Source: Phoronis australis (lineage: Eukaryota; Animalia; Phoronida). From it: DNA of 64,000 nucleotides. Positions 39,229-51,645 of the stretch are shown here, one piece after another. Position 1 is the first letter of the stretch. Each line of letters begins with the position of its first letter. Location: NCBI GenBank assembly GCA_002633005.1, contig NMRA01000549.1, forward strand, positions 121,123 through 185,122, in the 5' to 3' direction. Below the pieces are notes generated by a model that ran no database searches, had not been told where the DNA came from, and worked only from the letters and a program-made list of their open reading frames with translations. Made by a program: the position numbers and the translations under genes.

Positions 39229-39737
39229 CTTTTGGATTAGACCATTACCGCCATATTAGTCTCGGATCGAGTCCTTACTCGGATGACAAGTGATTTCTGG
39301 GTTTGCGAAGAACTGACAGTTCGTTGTCGTTCCTTGAGACCATGCATAATATGACACGCAATGACGTCATGCCAACTTGTAAAACATGGTCTCAAGCAAC
39401 AACGGAATGCTTGAGACCAGCAAGGTGTTCAGTAACGCTGGGACCTCGCTAAGAAAAGCAAGAATTCGCGAGATTACGTGAGATATTGTCGTGTTTTTCT
39501 TTAAATGAGATCACGTGACTTTGACTACATTTTAGCTAGGTCCAAGAGTAGGTCGTAGGGTTACTGAACGCACGCCAGGTTCTACAATTAAGCTGGCTTG
39601 TCACGGCGTGTCATTTTATTCATGGTCTTAAAGGAAAATAAGCTGACAGTTCTGTCGAAGTCCTCAAATCAATTTCAAATTGACTAAAGAACAATTTGAG
39701 ATCAACTTCATAATTATAGGTGGTCTAAACCAAAAGG
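39229..39737. repeat. Old palindromic repeat family copy interrupted by a short MITE
   Basis: Ends TTTTGGATTAGACCA and TGGTCTAAACCAAAA; contains GAAGAACTGACAG and an inverted counterpart GACAGTTCTGTCG. Confidence 0.6.
39426..39577. mobile_element. Short Harbinger-like MITE, sister of 15603-15746
   Basis: GTTCAGTAACGCTGGGACCT...AGGTCGTAGGGTTACTGAACGCACGCC. Confidence 0.8.
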
Positions 39738-39790
39738 CGGTTTTGTGGTGGAAGGCGGTTGTACAAACACTTTAAAAAGACCCGGACAAG

Positions 39791-39945
39791 CAGTGCTGTA
39801 GTGGTAAAATTAGAGGTACGTAGGCGTCCAAAGCCCATCGTATCACCTTGAGCACTGAACGTAACTTATGGTGCGTAGGCGCTACGTTCAAATGCCAAAA
39901 GGTGGTTGTCTGCGCCTACGTGCGCCTACGCCCCCTACAGCACTG
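39791..39945. mobile_element. 155-bp hAT-type MITE
   Basis: Perfect 11-bp TIR CAGTGCTGTAG/CTACAGCACTG; 8-bp flanks CGGACAAG/TGTACAAG (6 of 8 match); subterminal CGTAGGCG repeats in both orientations. Confidence 0.85.
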
Positions 39946-42900
39946 TGTACAAGATGAAACAAGATGGGAGCGGAGTTGAGAGTATCGAAGCTATGCTTTC
40001 TTATGATATTGCAGCAGAGAATAAACCCAGTAATTTCGCTACTGGTGATTCCTTTAGGAATATGCTAATTATCTTAATGACAACACTGTCTAACGACTTT
40101 AACTTGATGACTTAACAAACCTGTGTGCATACGAACTTGGTCATTTTTCCGAAACACAGCTGAGAGAGTCTGTGGGCAAAATGCGAAGTTTAACCGATAC
40201 CCGCATCCAGCCATCAACCCAGTCGCAATCCGTTCAGCTCGACACAGTTGGCACAACCTGATACCAAACAAACTCGGCTTCACACTGAGTGATTTCACGG
40301 TTCACGTGCATGAAGACGAATGCCTTCTAAATCTATATCTGACTTTGCAACTAGGTTTCTAAAACGGTCAGTGCACTCCGGCCTACCAAAATCCGTCAAT
40401 GTCTGACACACGAGTTTGCGGGTTTTATGAATTGATGGAAATCGAAAGTTGCTGGCCAAACCATAGGTCTTACTTGGTGTGGTGGTCAACGTGTTGCTAT
40501 TTCAAGTCATGAGCAATTACGTTGCAATGCAGTTGCCTATATCATTTACTACAATTACTTCGACCAGTTATCGAATTAAAGCAACCTCTGTTGCTCAGAA
40601 CCACGATCCATCATTTAATGAAATTCACAACTGAAACACTCTCCGACGGAAAGACAAGGTCTGTTTGAAGTTCAAATCAGCCGAGCAATGACAGGGATAT
40701 ACCCAGATTCCAAAACCTTGCTCGCCAGCAGGGTGAGTGAGCCAGAAAATCTACTCGGCCAACCCGAAATTCAGTCGCCCGGCCGTTTCCGTCTGTCACC
40801 ACAAACTTGCTGCCAGGGTCAATAAAAATCATCGTTTCGTGCGTTGATGTCACCATCTATTAGGGCTACCGTATTCGCCCAGGGTGATTAGAAAAATTCG
40901 TTTCAGAAGGGGGCCGCTTGTTATAGCCTAAGGCGGTTGAAACCCGGTCCCCGACCGTCGGGTGAAATCAAATTTACGAGCTGTGACATATCTGTAACCA
41001 GTATGACAGACTTTCTACAAAACTGTGGTGCATAATTGATATCAAACTTTGTTGTTAAATTACGGTCTTTTTTAAATGTGCTGAAATCCCATGGCGAAAA
41101 CTTGCCGGCTGATGTGTCGCTGCCTCGCGATCGTCGATAGCGCAACTTGAATTCTTGAGTAAAAATACAGTTTCGACTCAACAAATTACCTGAAATCCTC
41201 CTTAAAGGAGAATGCCACCCAAAAAACAACCTATTTTGTATCAATTTAGACCGAGTACTTCCACTCGATAACAGCAAGTACGGTTCTTTTACCTGACACA
41301 AGATGGCAGACGCAGGTGTTGAAATTAACCAATGACGTCAGAGGTTCGAACGCAGTCTGTTCAGCAGTTCGTAACACGCTTACTGGTGCCAGCTTATCGG
41401 TTGAATTCATCGTTTTACACCAAAAATTCAACAAACTTCGATGTTAAACCCTTACAAATACATCGAGTTATTGAACAATTGTGTTGTTTTATTTCGCTGT
41501 TACGGATTTATGTGTATTGAAACGTACCGTAGCCTACAAAGTTCGGTAGGCCAATTTACCAAGGTCGGTCGGGGTAGTTTTGGGCCCTGTTCGGTGATAA
41601 AATCGAATAATTCGTCCGTGAAATACAAACAGGGGAACATAGCTGTGTTTTGTAATTTTAGCCTTGTTATTCCGGCCAGTGGCTCGGAAACGGATCAGGC
41701 CCGTCACGGCCGACCTGAAGACATCACGAACATAAACCAGTCAAAGCTAGAAACTAAACTTGCAGTCACGAAAAGACTATACTAGTGAGCCAAAGAAATA
41801 ATGTGCACGTGATTATTTTGGTGAATTAGACGCAAAACTGCAAATCTACTTACTAGCTCGTCGGGGGCCGCGAACTCAGGTTACCCTTCCACTGCAAAAC
41901 CGTCAGGGCAAAAGTTGCACAGTAACAATGATTCGAATAATGTATATGAATATCTAAATAGGACCATAGGATGTACAATCGAGATATTGTTTCACAACAG
42001 CTTTCTGTCAGCAAACACTGAATTAGCTTTTTCTCACACGGCCAACATGTGGAGAATTTCTATCTTACACTGGTAACCGCTCTGATTCCCTAAGCTCCAT
42101 ACAACTTTTGCGATGCCTATTCAGCACGCCCTTTGTATTGATGTAGATCTGAGCTAATGAAGCGGAAAGGTAATTGCTAGCATTACTGTCTCGACAATGG
42201 TTGTTCTTAGTACCCCCAATTTGGTTTTCTCTGACATTTGCAGAGTTATAGCCTGCAACTCTGCAGAGTAGTTTTAACTTGGTACATTATAAATATTACA
42301 AACTGACTAAAAAGGTTAACTTATGTTTATCTTCACAAAGGGCCACTTCTCAAAAGAACGATAAGTTTCGTATTGGTTTTATTTATTTAATTTTTAAGGC
42401 TTCTGCCCTCTTACCGGGAACGGGTTAATAACTTTTTATCTAAGTTTTAAACTTGAAGTACCAAAACTGGTAGATTTTGATCGCCAGCTAAACTTAATTA
42501 GTTAAGTTCATTGTCAGCCCATCCCTAAACTTACCACACTACAGGTACACTAAACATTTCAAGTGTCATTAAAGTTTTATCTTTATTAGAAATCAAATCA
42601 TAAATTATATACAAAAGTGCAAATATGGTGATAACCAAACTGAAGATTTGGAATCTCTAGACAATTTCGGTAGCACTGACTATATAACTATTATAGCTCT
42701 TTGTCAGTAATAAAATATGAAAAGTGGGCACAACAACTGTCTCCTGGTCAAAAATCTGGTTAAGAGAGATTGAAAGAATATTAAAAAATGAATCCATGTG
42801 ATATTGTTAACTCTGATCAGCGTTTGTATATCCACCGAGTATATCAATACGCGCGGTAGTTTATCTTCAATCATACCAAATCGTTGTAGCTTTTAGATTA

Positions 42901-43330
42901 TTAGTTCATCGATTTTTAAAAATCGAAAACCATAGTTGGTTGTTTTTTTTTCAGCTGAATACCGCCGTGATGTTCGTTTATAACGAAAATTAGTGCTGAA
43001 TGCATTTTGAAAATTCGCCATTATGAACAGTCAGAGATGTTTAATACAGTTTATGGTCGGATAATTACATTTAAATGGGTCTTGCTCGCATCGGGCAATG
43101 CGGTCATCACAGTTGTACCTGATTCCGGCGCCGCGCTCTCTTAGATCCTGGTACACATCGCTCAGAAGGACGAGCGGTGAAATTTCCCTCACATCTTTAG
43201 AAATGCGTGACTTAATTCCATATATGCGTATTATTCACGGTATGAAGGTGCCCGCTAATTAGTTTATTGCTTTTTTGTTTCAGTTTTATATAAGCATTGC
43301 TTAGGGTGAGAATAATTCATTTTGAAACAG

Positions 43331-43774
43331 CGCACAATAACAAAACGTCAACCGTTGCAACTCACAATCGCGACTTAGACGAGTGCTCATCCGACGAAGA
43401 CTTCACAGGTCGATCGTTAGGTTTCACAAGCTATCAGTTCGAACCGGAATTCACTGATCAAGAAATACAAGAGAGGCGCCGTGAACGTGCACAGACAACG
43501 GAACATATGGATAGTTCCGAAAACCGTTTAAATGATTTGTCATGTTGTCAGTGTGCTAACTGCACGATAATGGAAACAACTGACGCTTGCGTTTGCTGCC
43601 ACGAAATTCCGCAAGTGAAACGCCTTCTTGGAGAAGCGTTGATGTGTCTCACGGACCATCCTGATTTTGCACCGCATCTAAACACAAGTCTGCTTACGAC
43701 ATTTTTGGGACTGGGAAAAGGAACTGGCGAAAATATCCTACACCCAGAGGTCCAAACAGAAGCCTGGCGACCGA
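43331..43774 (+). pseudogene. KolX / P2X7 C-terminal (ballast)-like Cys-rich protein remnant
   Basis: YQFEPE...RLNDLSCCQCANCTIMETTDACVCCHEIPQV...CLTDHPDF. A frameshift near 43715 continues as RNWRKYPTPRGPNRSLAT up to a GTAAGT donor at 43775-43780. No clear ATG. Confidence 0.8.
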
Positions 43775-43859
43775 GTAAGTCATCAAACAGGTTATATAAA
43801 ACGTTATGTTCTCATGCCTTGGATCAGTTTCCATGGCCAGCTACAATTCTCCATAATCA

Positions 43860-44209
43860 AAAACTGAGCAACAACCGAAACGCGTTGTTTTGTCTCCTGC
43901 CTACCGAACCCAAACACACTAGGCACAACATCTGACTTCATACTCAGTCTCTTTTTCTGCCCTGGCATGAGGTGCTTGGTAAGCCGGCATTCGATCGTCA
44001 GTGAAGCCACTGTAGACGAAATGCCGGCCCCAGACACGGAGAAGTTCTACGGCATCATACTCAATTGGTATTACGGCGTAATTTTCATTCTTCAATACCG
44101 CGAACCATTTCCGAAGCATTGTGTGCTCTCGAGGAAATCGAAAAAACGATATACCTGCTTTCCTCGTAGCTTCATAGTTCGCACAAGCGGGAACGATACA
44201 CCACTCCAT
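43860..44209 (-). pseudogene. THAP zinc-finger N-terminus of the Kolobok transposase, disabled
   Basis: MEWCIVPACAN...ISFFRFPRE...RKW...RVWGRHF, with the third Zn-ligand Cys replaced by Trp. A frameshift leads to HLMPGQKKRLSMKSDVVPSVF (AVPTIF-like box). No DDE domain follows. Confidence 0.85.
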
Positions 44210-45732
44210 AGCGGCACTCACTCTGCAGAAGAACCACTGACGTCGCTGAGTCGTTTCTCACCTTCCTCACAGGTTAATGCGACACCTCTCGGCGAGGTGA
44301 AATCGACCGTATACGAGGTGATGTGGATATAGACCGATTAAGACGGTAAGAAAGACTAATTAAATCGGGTGGCATTCTCCTTTAAGTTTTCCAAATAGCG
44401 TACTTAAGATTTTTAAGTTCCTGTGGAGTCGGTATTAACCGCAGTCCAAATATGGGCTAGATCGCACAACGTAACAAGCGAAAAATCTGGACGAATACAG
44501 ATGTTGTTGTCACGTGACGTTTGTTTTGAGTTAGTCCGCAGGTGTGCGCCGAGTGGGCCCTAGCGCGCGCTTCTTGGCCACGTGCTCATTAACACTGGTC
44601 AAGTTTCGTTTCGCAGTTTTTACGGGTACAAAAGTAATCTGCATTCCCGTTGACGGAGAAGAGCTGTACGGGAAACATACAATACAATCCCTGCGTCTGT
44701 TCTGAAAGATCTGGCCATAGTGGGATACGTTCCTCGCTAGATCAGCAGAACTTTTGCGTTCTTTTTGAAGTGTACAGCCACGGCTAAATACCGACATAGC
44801 GTCGAGGCTCGTGGGCTAGAAATTCCGCGCACAATGATATTTCAGTATTGTCGGATATTATTGATAAATTGAAGAGATTACTGTAGAATTTTAGAACTGT
44901 AGGTAAGGCATTTTTCGCATATGTACACGTTCATGGACTGGACTCTTATTTTGGCGAAGTCTAAAAAAGAGTGTGAGGGGGTCGCTTATGGGCATTTATT
45001 AGGACGAATGTTATTATTTATAAAATAATTTTGGTTAAAATGACTTTGCATTGTACATTACAATAAGAAATCAGTTCCAAGAATAACGGTATTTCACTTG
45101 CTGCGAGCACATGGACCGGTCTTCCGCCTTTCCCCCCTTTTCTTCGTTTCGGACTAGTCCACAAATTCCTTTGTGCACGACCAGACACTGTGCTCTTTTG
45201 TCTAGACGAATTGCGTAACGGTTGACATCTATTGAGTCGGTAGGATCGCACTGCGCCGATGTTTTTTACTGCCGGAGCATCGACACGCTGACTAAACTGA
45301 ACCTTAAACTCGTAATAAAAACAGCACAAGGAGGAGAAAATTAATTTCATGTTCATCTCGAAAACGATATAGTGTTTTTGCGCTCTGAAAATTTGCTCGC
45401 CACCTTGGCGACCGGCAAGTCAACTTCTACTCGCCCAGCACCATATTTACTCGCATTGGCGACTGAGCGAGTGGCTAAGTTTATCCCTGCAATGTTATGA
45501 GATCAAAAAATAGTTGCCAAGGGTCCCCGTAGGACGCCAAGTGACTTCAACCTCTTAAAGATAACTAGGCCTAACTATAAAACTATCAAAAAATAATTTT
45601 TCTATCATAACTGTTAATCAGCATGAATGTTTTTCATAATTATGACCCCATTATTACAACTATCATTATAACATTAGCAATAGTATAATGGCATTCAAAA
45701 AATAATTACCATATCAGTTACTGCCACAGTCA

Positions 45733-45802
45733 TAGCAGTAGCAGCACTACTAGCAGTAGCAGGAGCAGCAGCAGCAGTAACAGCAGCAGCAACAGCAGTA
45801 GC

Positions 45803-45867
<65 letters not shown>

Positions 45868-45942
45868 TAGCAGTAGGCCTAGAACTAGCAGTAGTACTAG
45901 CATTTGCAGGAGCAGTAACAGTAGCAGTAGCAATAGTAATAG
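45733..45942. repeat. (CAG/TAG)n trinucleotide microsatellite
   Basis: Directly visible; it produces the spurious poly-Leu ORF. Confidence 0.97.
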
Positions 45943-48324
45943 AAATAACTCACGCGGCGGACATTAAAATCCAAAGCGAGGCTCACTGCGATAAACAAAG
46001 CGGAAATTTACATTGCGTGAGTTAAATGGCCGGTCTTTCGAGTCCAACCTGGATATTAAATCTTAAAAATGTGTCGATAATTAACCACAGAGACGTAGAA
46101 AAATACATTAGAGAAAAGTCAATGCACAAAAGAGTTGTCTGACGAAAGGGTATAAGTTTTTTTTTGGAAAACTAGGTTCGAAACATGAAAAGTAAATATG
46201 ACCAAACTGCGACGATCGTCACGGTATTGTTACGGATTAGGTATTATGCTAAATGCAGGGTTACGTTTCTTCTTGTAAATTGTTGATAAAAATGCTTTCT
46301 ACACGAACCAGATCATCTGCTTGTATTTTTGACGGGTTGAAGATATATTCGACAATGGTGGCTCATCGCATTTTGCTGTCGTGTGCAATTAGTCACATCT
46401 GGTTTAATTAGTTGATCAAAAGTATTAACATCAAGCATATAGCCTATGTCCTGGTGAGCTAGGGACTACCGGGACTGACCAGTTATTTGTCATTGATCTG
46501 AAAGAATAACTGATGTTATTAAATATATTTTTATTAAAATAAAAATACAGGCTCGTAATTGAAAATAAAAATTATTTGACCACTTTATAAATTTTTTAAA
46601 AAATATAAAAAACGAGCACAGCCTCAGAAATCGCTTTCGCATTATATCCAGGTTCTCATTCACTCCCTTGCACACATTCACAAGTAATCATTTGACCATC
46701 AGTTCTGTTGTCTTGGTTTTATTAATTCTTATATACGTCTATTGCATGTGTTAGGTTTCAGATATCAATCTGGACCAAGTTGAATTTTAAAATTATAACT
46801 CGTTCGTCCAAAGCATTACCTTGTTTTTTAGCTCAATTTCAGTTAACTGCACATACAAAGAGCGGCCTAGTTCATCCGGGGAAAGGTGCTTGTGTGCCTT
46901 CGTGAGAGGGGTATTTTTTCGCCGAGTGAGGGAAAAAATCTACCTCCCGATCATCATCGATAGCACACCCGCCCTGTGCTCTTTCAAATTGTCACCTGTG
47001 TGGATACAAAACTTCGGGGAGAACTTTTCAATCACTAGGGGAGTTTGTAGGTCGGCCTCGTGGGGGGAATTTCGGGGCATTTTTCAATATTTTTGAGAGG
47101 GGAATAGGGCTGATATTCGGCCCCAAAATCGAGGGATTGACTGCCCTGTCTTTTCTGGAAAGAAACATGCATCATCTTTCAACTCGTAGTCATGAAAACA
47201 CAGCCTGGCTGACCGAAGATTCTCCGGTCGTTGCTATGGCGCTCGGCAACCGAGATGCGAAAAAATATGATCTAACTTTCCGAAAACATTTATAAATTTT
47301 ACACGGACATATTTTCCTTCGTCGCGCGTATGACAACGACCCAACGCTTCCGATTCTCAACGTTCTCAGGGATTGTGAAACAGACAGTTGAGTGTCCGTA
47401 TTTTTTCTAGCCGTTAGAGCAACGCGGAATACAACCAGTATGCCGATAAGCCAACAGAGATATCGTAGCGAGCCTCGTTCTGGAACGCGCCTCCTGTCGG
47501 CGCGAATTAGGTCTATAGTAGTAATAGTAGCAGAAGTAGTAGTAATAGAAGTAGTCGTAATACTAATTAGTAGTAGTCGTAGAAGCAGACAATTAGTAAC
47601 GCCATAAATAGAGATGATGGCGGTCTCCGTCTTCGTCCAGTGCACAAGGCATTGTTTTCGACGTCACTCAACATCAAAGAGGAAGATATCAGCTATAGGA
47701 CATCGAAATAATCTGAGGTAATTTTACATAATTTCTGATGGGAGGTTGACAAGAATCGTGCTTCACTGTAGAAGATTGTATGTTAATTCGACTTTAAAAA
47801 ACTTTCATACATGTAAACATTCGCCGAAGCGCTACTTCATCTCGCAGCGCCTGATATAAAAGATATCTACGTCAATTCAAAACAAAACAAATTAACTTTG
47901 TCTACTTTGTTATGCCAAAACAGACAGGCAAATTCAAAGAATTTTACCTTTTCGATATAATGTAGGTATAGCAATTGTCATTGGCTAAAAGTTCTTTTAA
48001 TAGGTAGCCGAGAGCTTGGTTCTGTGTGACGTCATCACCAGTTCCCTTTTTGGAGAACAAAAAAATCCAAATCTGGAGTTTTCACACTGAGCGTTCCAAT
48101 AGGACAATTGAAGCGAGAACAGTATTGACACAAAAAACAGAATGGATCAAACTAAAGATAAGCGGTTAAGTTCCGGACAATTCAAACGTTGAAAGATTAC
48201 TTTTACGTAAGATTACAATCTACACACATCTTGAAAAATGTAAGCTGAGTTGTTATAACTGTCGATTTTTTCAGAGGTAAAAGAAATCTTACTTATTCGA
48301 ATTTCGAGAACCTCCTAAAATTTC

Positions 48325-48465
48325 ATTGATGACGACAACGATGATTACGAGTACGGCAGTAGAGAGCTTAATGATGATGATGATGATGATGAGATAAAGA
48401 CAATGACGACGACGACGACGACTATGATGATGATGATGATTACAAGGACAATTATGATAATGATT
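48325..48465. repeat. (GAT/GAC)n microsatellite
   Basis: Runs of GATGATGAT and GACGACGAC. Confidence 0.9.
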
Positions 48466-49129
48466 ACCGTCCATGATGGCGACTGTAACTGCGATGACGG
48501 TTATAGCAGCAATCTCACCGCTACTTTCCGTCATGCGCTTCGTCTGCCAATAATACATTCTACAAGTGTTTCATGATTAACCAACTGACCCACTAAACTG
48601 GTACGTCTGCGTGCCATTCTGAGCTAATTCACCTTCTATTTTGATGCCGCTTCCATCTTTTGTATACCCTTACACTAACATTACGTTTTCACTTAACTCG
48701 GTAACAGTATATATTGACATTTAACCACCACAAGCTATATAAGCAGCAGAAGAGCGAACGGAAACGCCTGTAGTAAACCTCTTTAAAAGCGTAAGACATT
48801 TCACTGGAAGAAATGAGTTTGGGAAATAAAACCTTCGTAAATTCATGAAACGGCATAGTGAGGGAACGTGTCACCGAAGGTGTATTTCATGTTGACGTGG
48901 CTATAGTTGGGACGAATTCTCGACATTTAACGCGTGACTAGACGCCAGTAGGCAAGCAGTGAATCTGCCTAAGACTTTCACAGCCGCAGTTCATTTAGGC
49001 TTGTACTGTAATTGTTAAAACAGCTCTTATTTTAGGCTTAAGGGCCTGTCGACATTTACCGATATATCTGCAACGCAACTCCAATAATTGCTTTCGGCTG
49101 CGTCGAGATGGTTGTTGAAACTCCATCAT

Positions 49130-49982
49130 TGGCTGCTGGGGGAAAGTGTCGCCTCTACACTCGTAAATTACGGGCGTGAAGACACTTTTCACGCCCGTGA
49201 TTAAGAGAGTAATAATTAAGTAGAATAAAAGATTAGGTTGCATGTTAGCTCGTAAAATTACGCTCGTCTATCACGTTAGTAAAACAACGAGCAAAAAACG
49301 ACGGGTATAAATATTTCGTGGGTTAAGATTATTTTGGACCTTAAAGACAAGTCTGAGCATTTTGCCAAATATCTCGTGTAAAAATTACATAATTTAACTC
49401 AGAGAATGTGTGCATTTTATGAAAGTAGAAAAACTGTAGAATTTGATTTTGACTTCATTCCAAACTACAATGGTCTTGTGACCATCTATCTTTTATTAAA
49501 CTTTAGCAGAACAGAAAGGTAAATTTACAGCCAAATAACTAATATACATGTATGACTAAATTTCATGTGATTTAAAAGTCCAGAATAAAATCTCAAAAAC
49601 GTTTTTTAAGTTTTCTAAAGTTTCATGCAACTTTGAATTTTTGTCGTAAAATCATAAAATTCCTACTTTTCATAGTCTTTCCCGCAATAGTGGGGTATTT
49701 TAAAACTAATTTCCTAGAATTTGGCGAACGATGCAATAAGCAAATTATCTGAATGTTTCGTATGAATCCAATTGGACATTTCTTAAAATATAGTCGTAGA
49801 CGGTCAAATTTGCACATTTTTCTAAGGTCCAACGTAACTGTCGAATCTCGTAATTTACGCTCGTATTTTCCGCTCGTGAAGTACGCTCGTAATTCAAGCT
49901 TATAAAATACGGGCGTGAAAAGTGTCCTTACGCCAGTAATTACGAGCGTTGTTTCCGGCGACACGTTCCACCTAGCGGCCAA
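49130..49982. mobile_element. ~850-bp MITE with long imperfect TIRs
   Basis: TTGGCTGCTGGGGGAAAGTGTCGCC...GACACTTTTCACGCCCGT matches the reverse complement of ACGGGCGTGAAAAGTGTC...GGCGACACGTTCCACCTAGCGGCCAA; subterminal CGCTCGTA repeats. Confidence 0.8.
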
Positions 49983-50827
49983 CAATAAAGCTCTGTTGTC
50001 CACTGAAAGCGATTCTTCAGCAACTCGTAACTGCTGACATGACACTACCCGGTATTTCCTAATTTCCCTTCGGAAGTTTTTTATCTGCGCTAGAATGAAT
50101 TTCGGACGTACGATAGCCGAATAATAGACAGAGAGAGCCGAACGCCTATGCGCCAGCGAAAAAGCACTAAAATTCCCGATTCATCAATGATTTTTTGTCA
50201 GGTATAAACGGTTCTTGTAAGAAATCAATTGTTCAGTTAAGATTGATGCAGATTGAATACTAAGAAGTCTCCATCATCCGAACCCAAACAGCAAAGTCCG
50301 TGACGATTTTTGTCAATCTGATGTAACCCTTAAATTAAGAAACTGTTGTCTGGGTGCATTTTAATGTAGGTTGGTGAAAATCAGACACGCCTATGTTTTT
50401 ACATCAGTTAAAGTAGAAAGCACCTCAAACATGAGACTATGGTTGCCGGAAATAAAAATGTTTAGTAGGTTAATCAACGCAACACCCGTTGATATCTGAT
50501 TACAAATTTCCAGCTTCCGTCTTGTCTTAGCAGAGGCGTCTGCTCTTGGCGACATGACATGCAAATTGCAGCAACTCTCGCCGCTGACAGTCAAGCTATG
50601 AGTCTGCAGCTGCGATGTAACATGTTTAGCAACGTGTCGTCGTTCAACAGTAGCGCTTCAGACAAATACCTAATTGTGGACAGGCCTTTAGACAGTCAGT
50701 ATGAAAGCTATATTTCAGTTTTACTCTCTGTTTTAGTGCGGAAACAAAAGCAGCAAGAGAGGTAAAACTTGGGTAGGGCTGATTCATTTGGCTGGTCCTG
50801 TGATTTTCTGAAGCATGTCTTATTCAT

Positions 50828-51645
50828 AAACGAATTGCAGAAATAGAGAATCCTTCACGAGTCTCAGGTTTCTGACATGGGCAAAACCTCTTAGAAATTT
50901 CGTCAAATACCGAGGGATTCTGACGAAATTTCCAAGAGATTTTGCCCATGTCATGAATCTGAGACGAGTGTAGGATTTGTTTTCTCACATGAACCGAAAA
51001 AGTTAAAAGATCTTTTTTGCCAAAAAGTTCGACGTGTCTAAAACTTTCAACCACATGACGCAACTTTTGTAAGAATACGCTTTCGAAATGTAAAGTAATT
51101 CGGTTACTTTTTGTTAATAGTTTTTTTAAGCTTAACAATTGTAAGTTGCATTCAGCTTTAGTAGCAAATATTCAAGTTAGAATCTAACAAATAGTCTTTA
51201 AAATGTAATATTAAAATTTAAAAAAAATGTTTATAAATAACAGTCAGCAAGGCTTCCCCGCGCGTGAGCACTGAATTGACCTTGAGACAGCAAAGCTAGA
51301 CTGTCTCGCCGCGTTTCTTGAGTTCGGGCTCGTCTCTGTTTGAATGAACGTGGATATGAAATTCACCGCCGAAGACGGGTCCGTTTAAGAAGTTGTTTGC
51401 ATGTCCTTCCGACTGGAAGTAGCTACAATTGCGACACCCGATTTGTCAATCATGATCTTGTCACCTCGGAATTCCGGCATTGTTTGGTTGGCGCGCGTTT
51501 GGTTGTTTTAGTGTTTTGCAGACGATAAAATGTAAGGCGTATGGATTTTTACTTTGTACTACTTTGGGATTCGCTCATGTAATATCAAAAAATTACGTGC
51601 TCGGTGTTATTAACCAGTCGTGTCGTAACGCATTTCAGGTCATGT
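50828..51645 (-). repeat. ~820-bp interspersed repeat, copy B, with intact ~60-bp-arm subterminal hairpin (50849-50977)
   Basis: Reverse complement of 28648-29390. Hairpin: AATCCTTCACGAGTCTCAG...AAATTTCGTCA / TGACGAAATTT...CTGAGACGAGTGTAGGATT. Confidence 0.9.

Larger units (their letters stand above)
41206..44381. mobile_element. Kolobok-type DNA transposon, internally deleted
   Basis: Perfect 15-bp TIR AGGAGAATGCCACCC/GGGTGGCATTCTCCT; TTAA TSD at 41202-41205 and 44382-44385; contains convergent THAP and KolX-like remnants. Confidence 0.9.
40692..45489. mobile_element. Non-autonomous hAT-like element hosting the Kolobok insertion
   Basis: TIR CAGGGATATAC vs CAGGGATAAAC (reverse complement of the right end); clustered subterminal CTCGCC/GGCGA motifs at both ends; flanks CAATGA/CAATGT. 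Confidence 0.7.

Noticed and set aside
43297-43935. Host P2X7 receptor gene
   Set aside because: There is no P2X ectodomain or TM segment; the ORF lies within TIRs and is frameshifted.
41206-44381. piggyBac or KolobokP assignment
   Set aside because: The ends are AG...CT rather than CCY...RGG, the cargo is THAP plus KolX-like, and I saw no long terminal direct repeats.
45730-45933. Poly-Leu ORF
   Set aside because: It is the translation of a (CAG/TAG)n microsatellite.
48289-48558. His/Arg/Ile-run ORF
   Set aside because: It is derived from a microsatellite.
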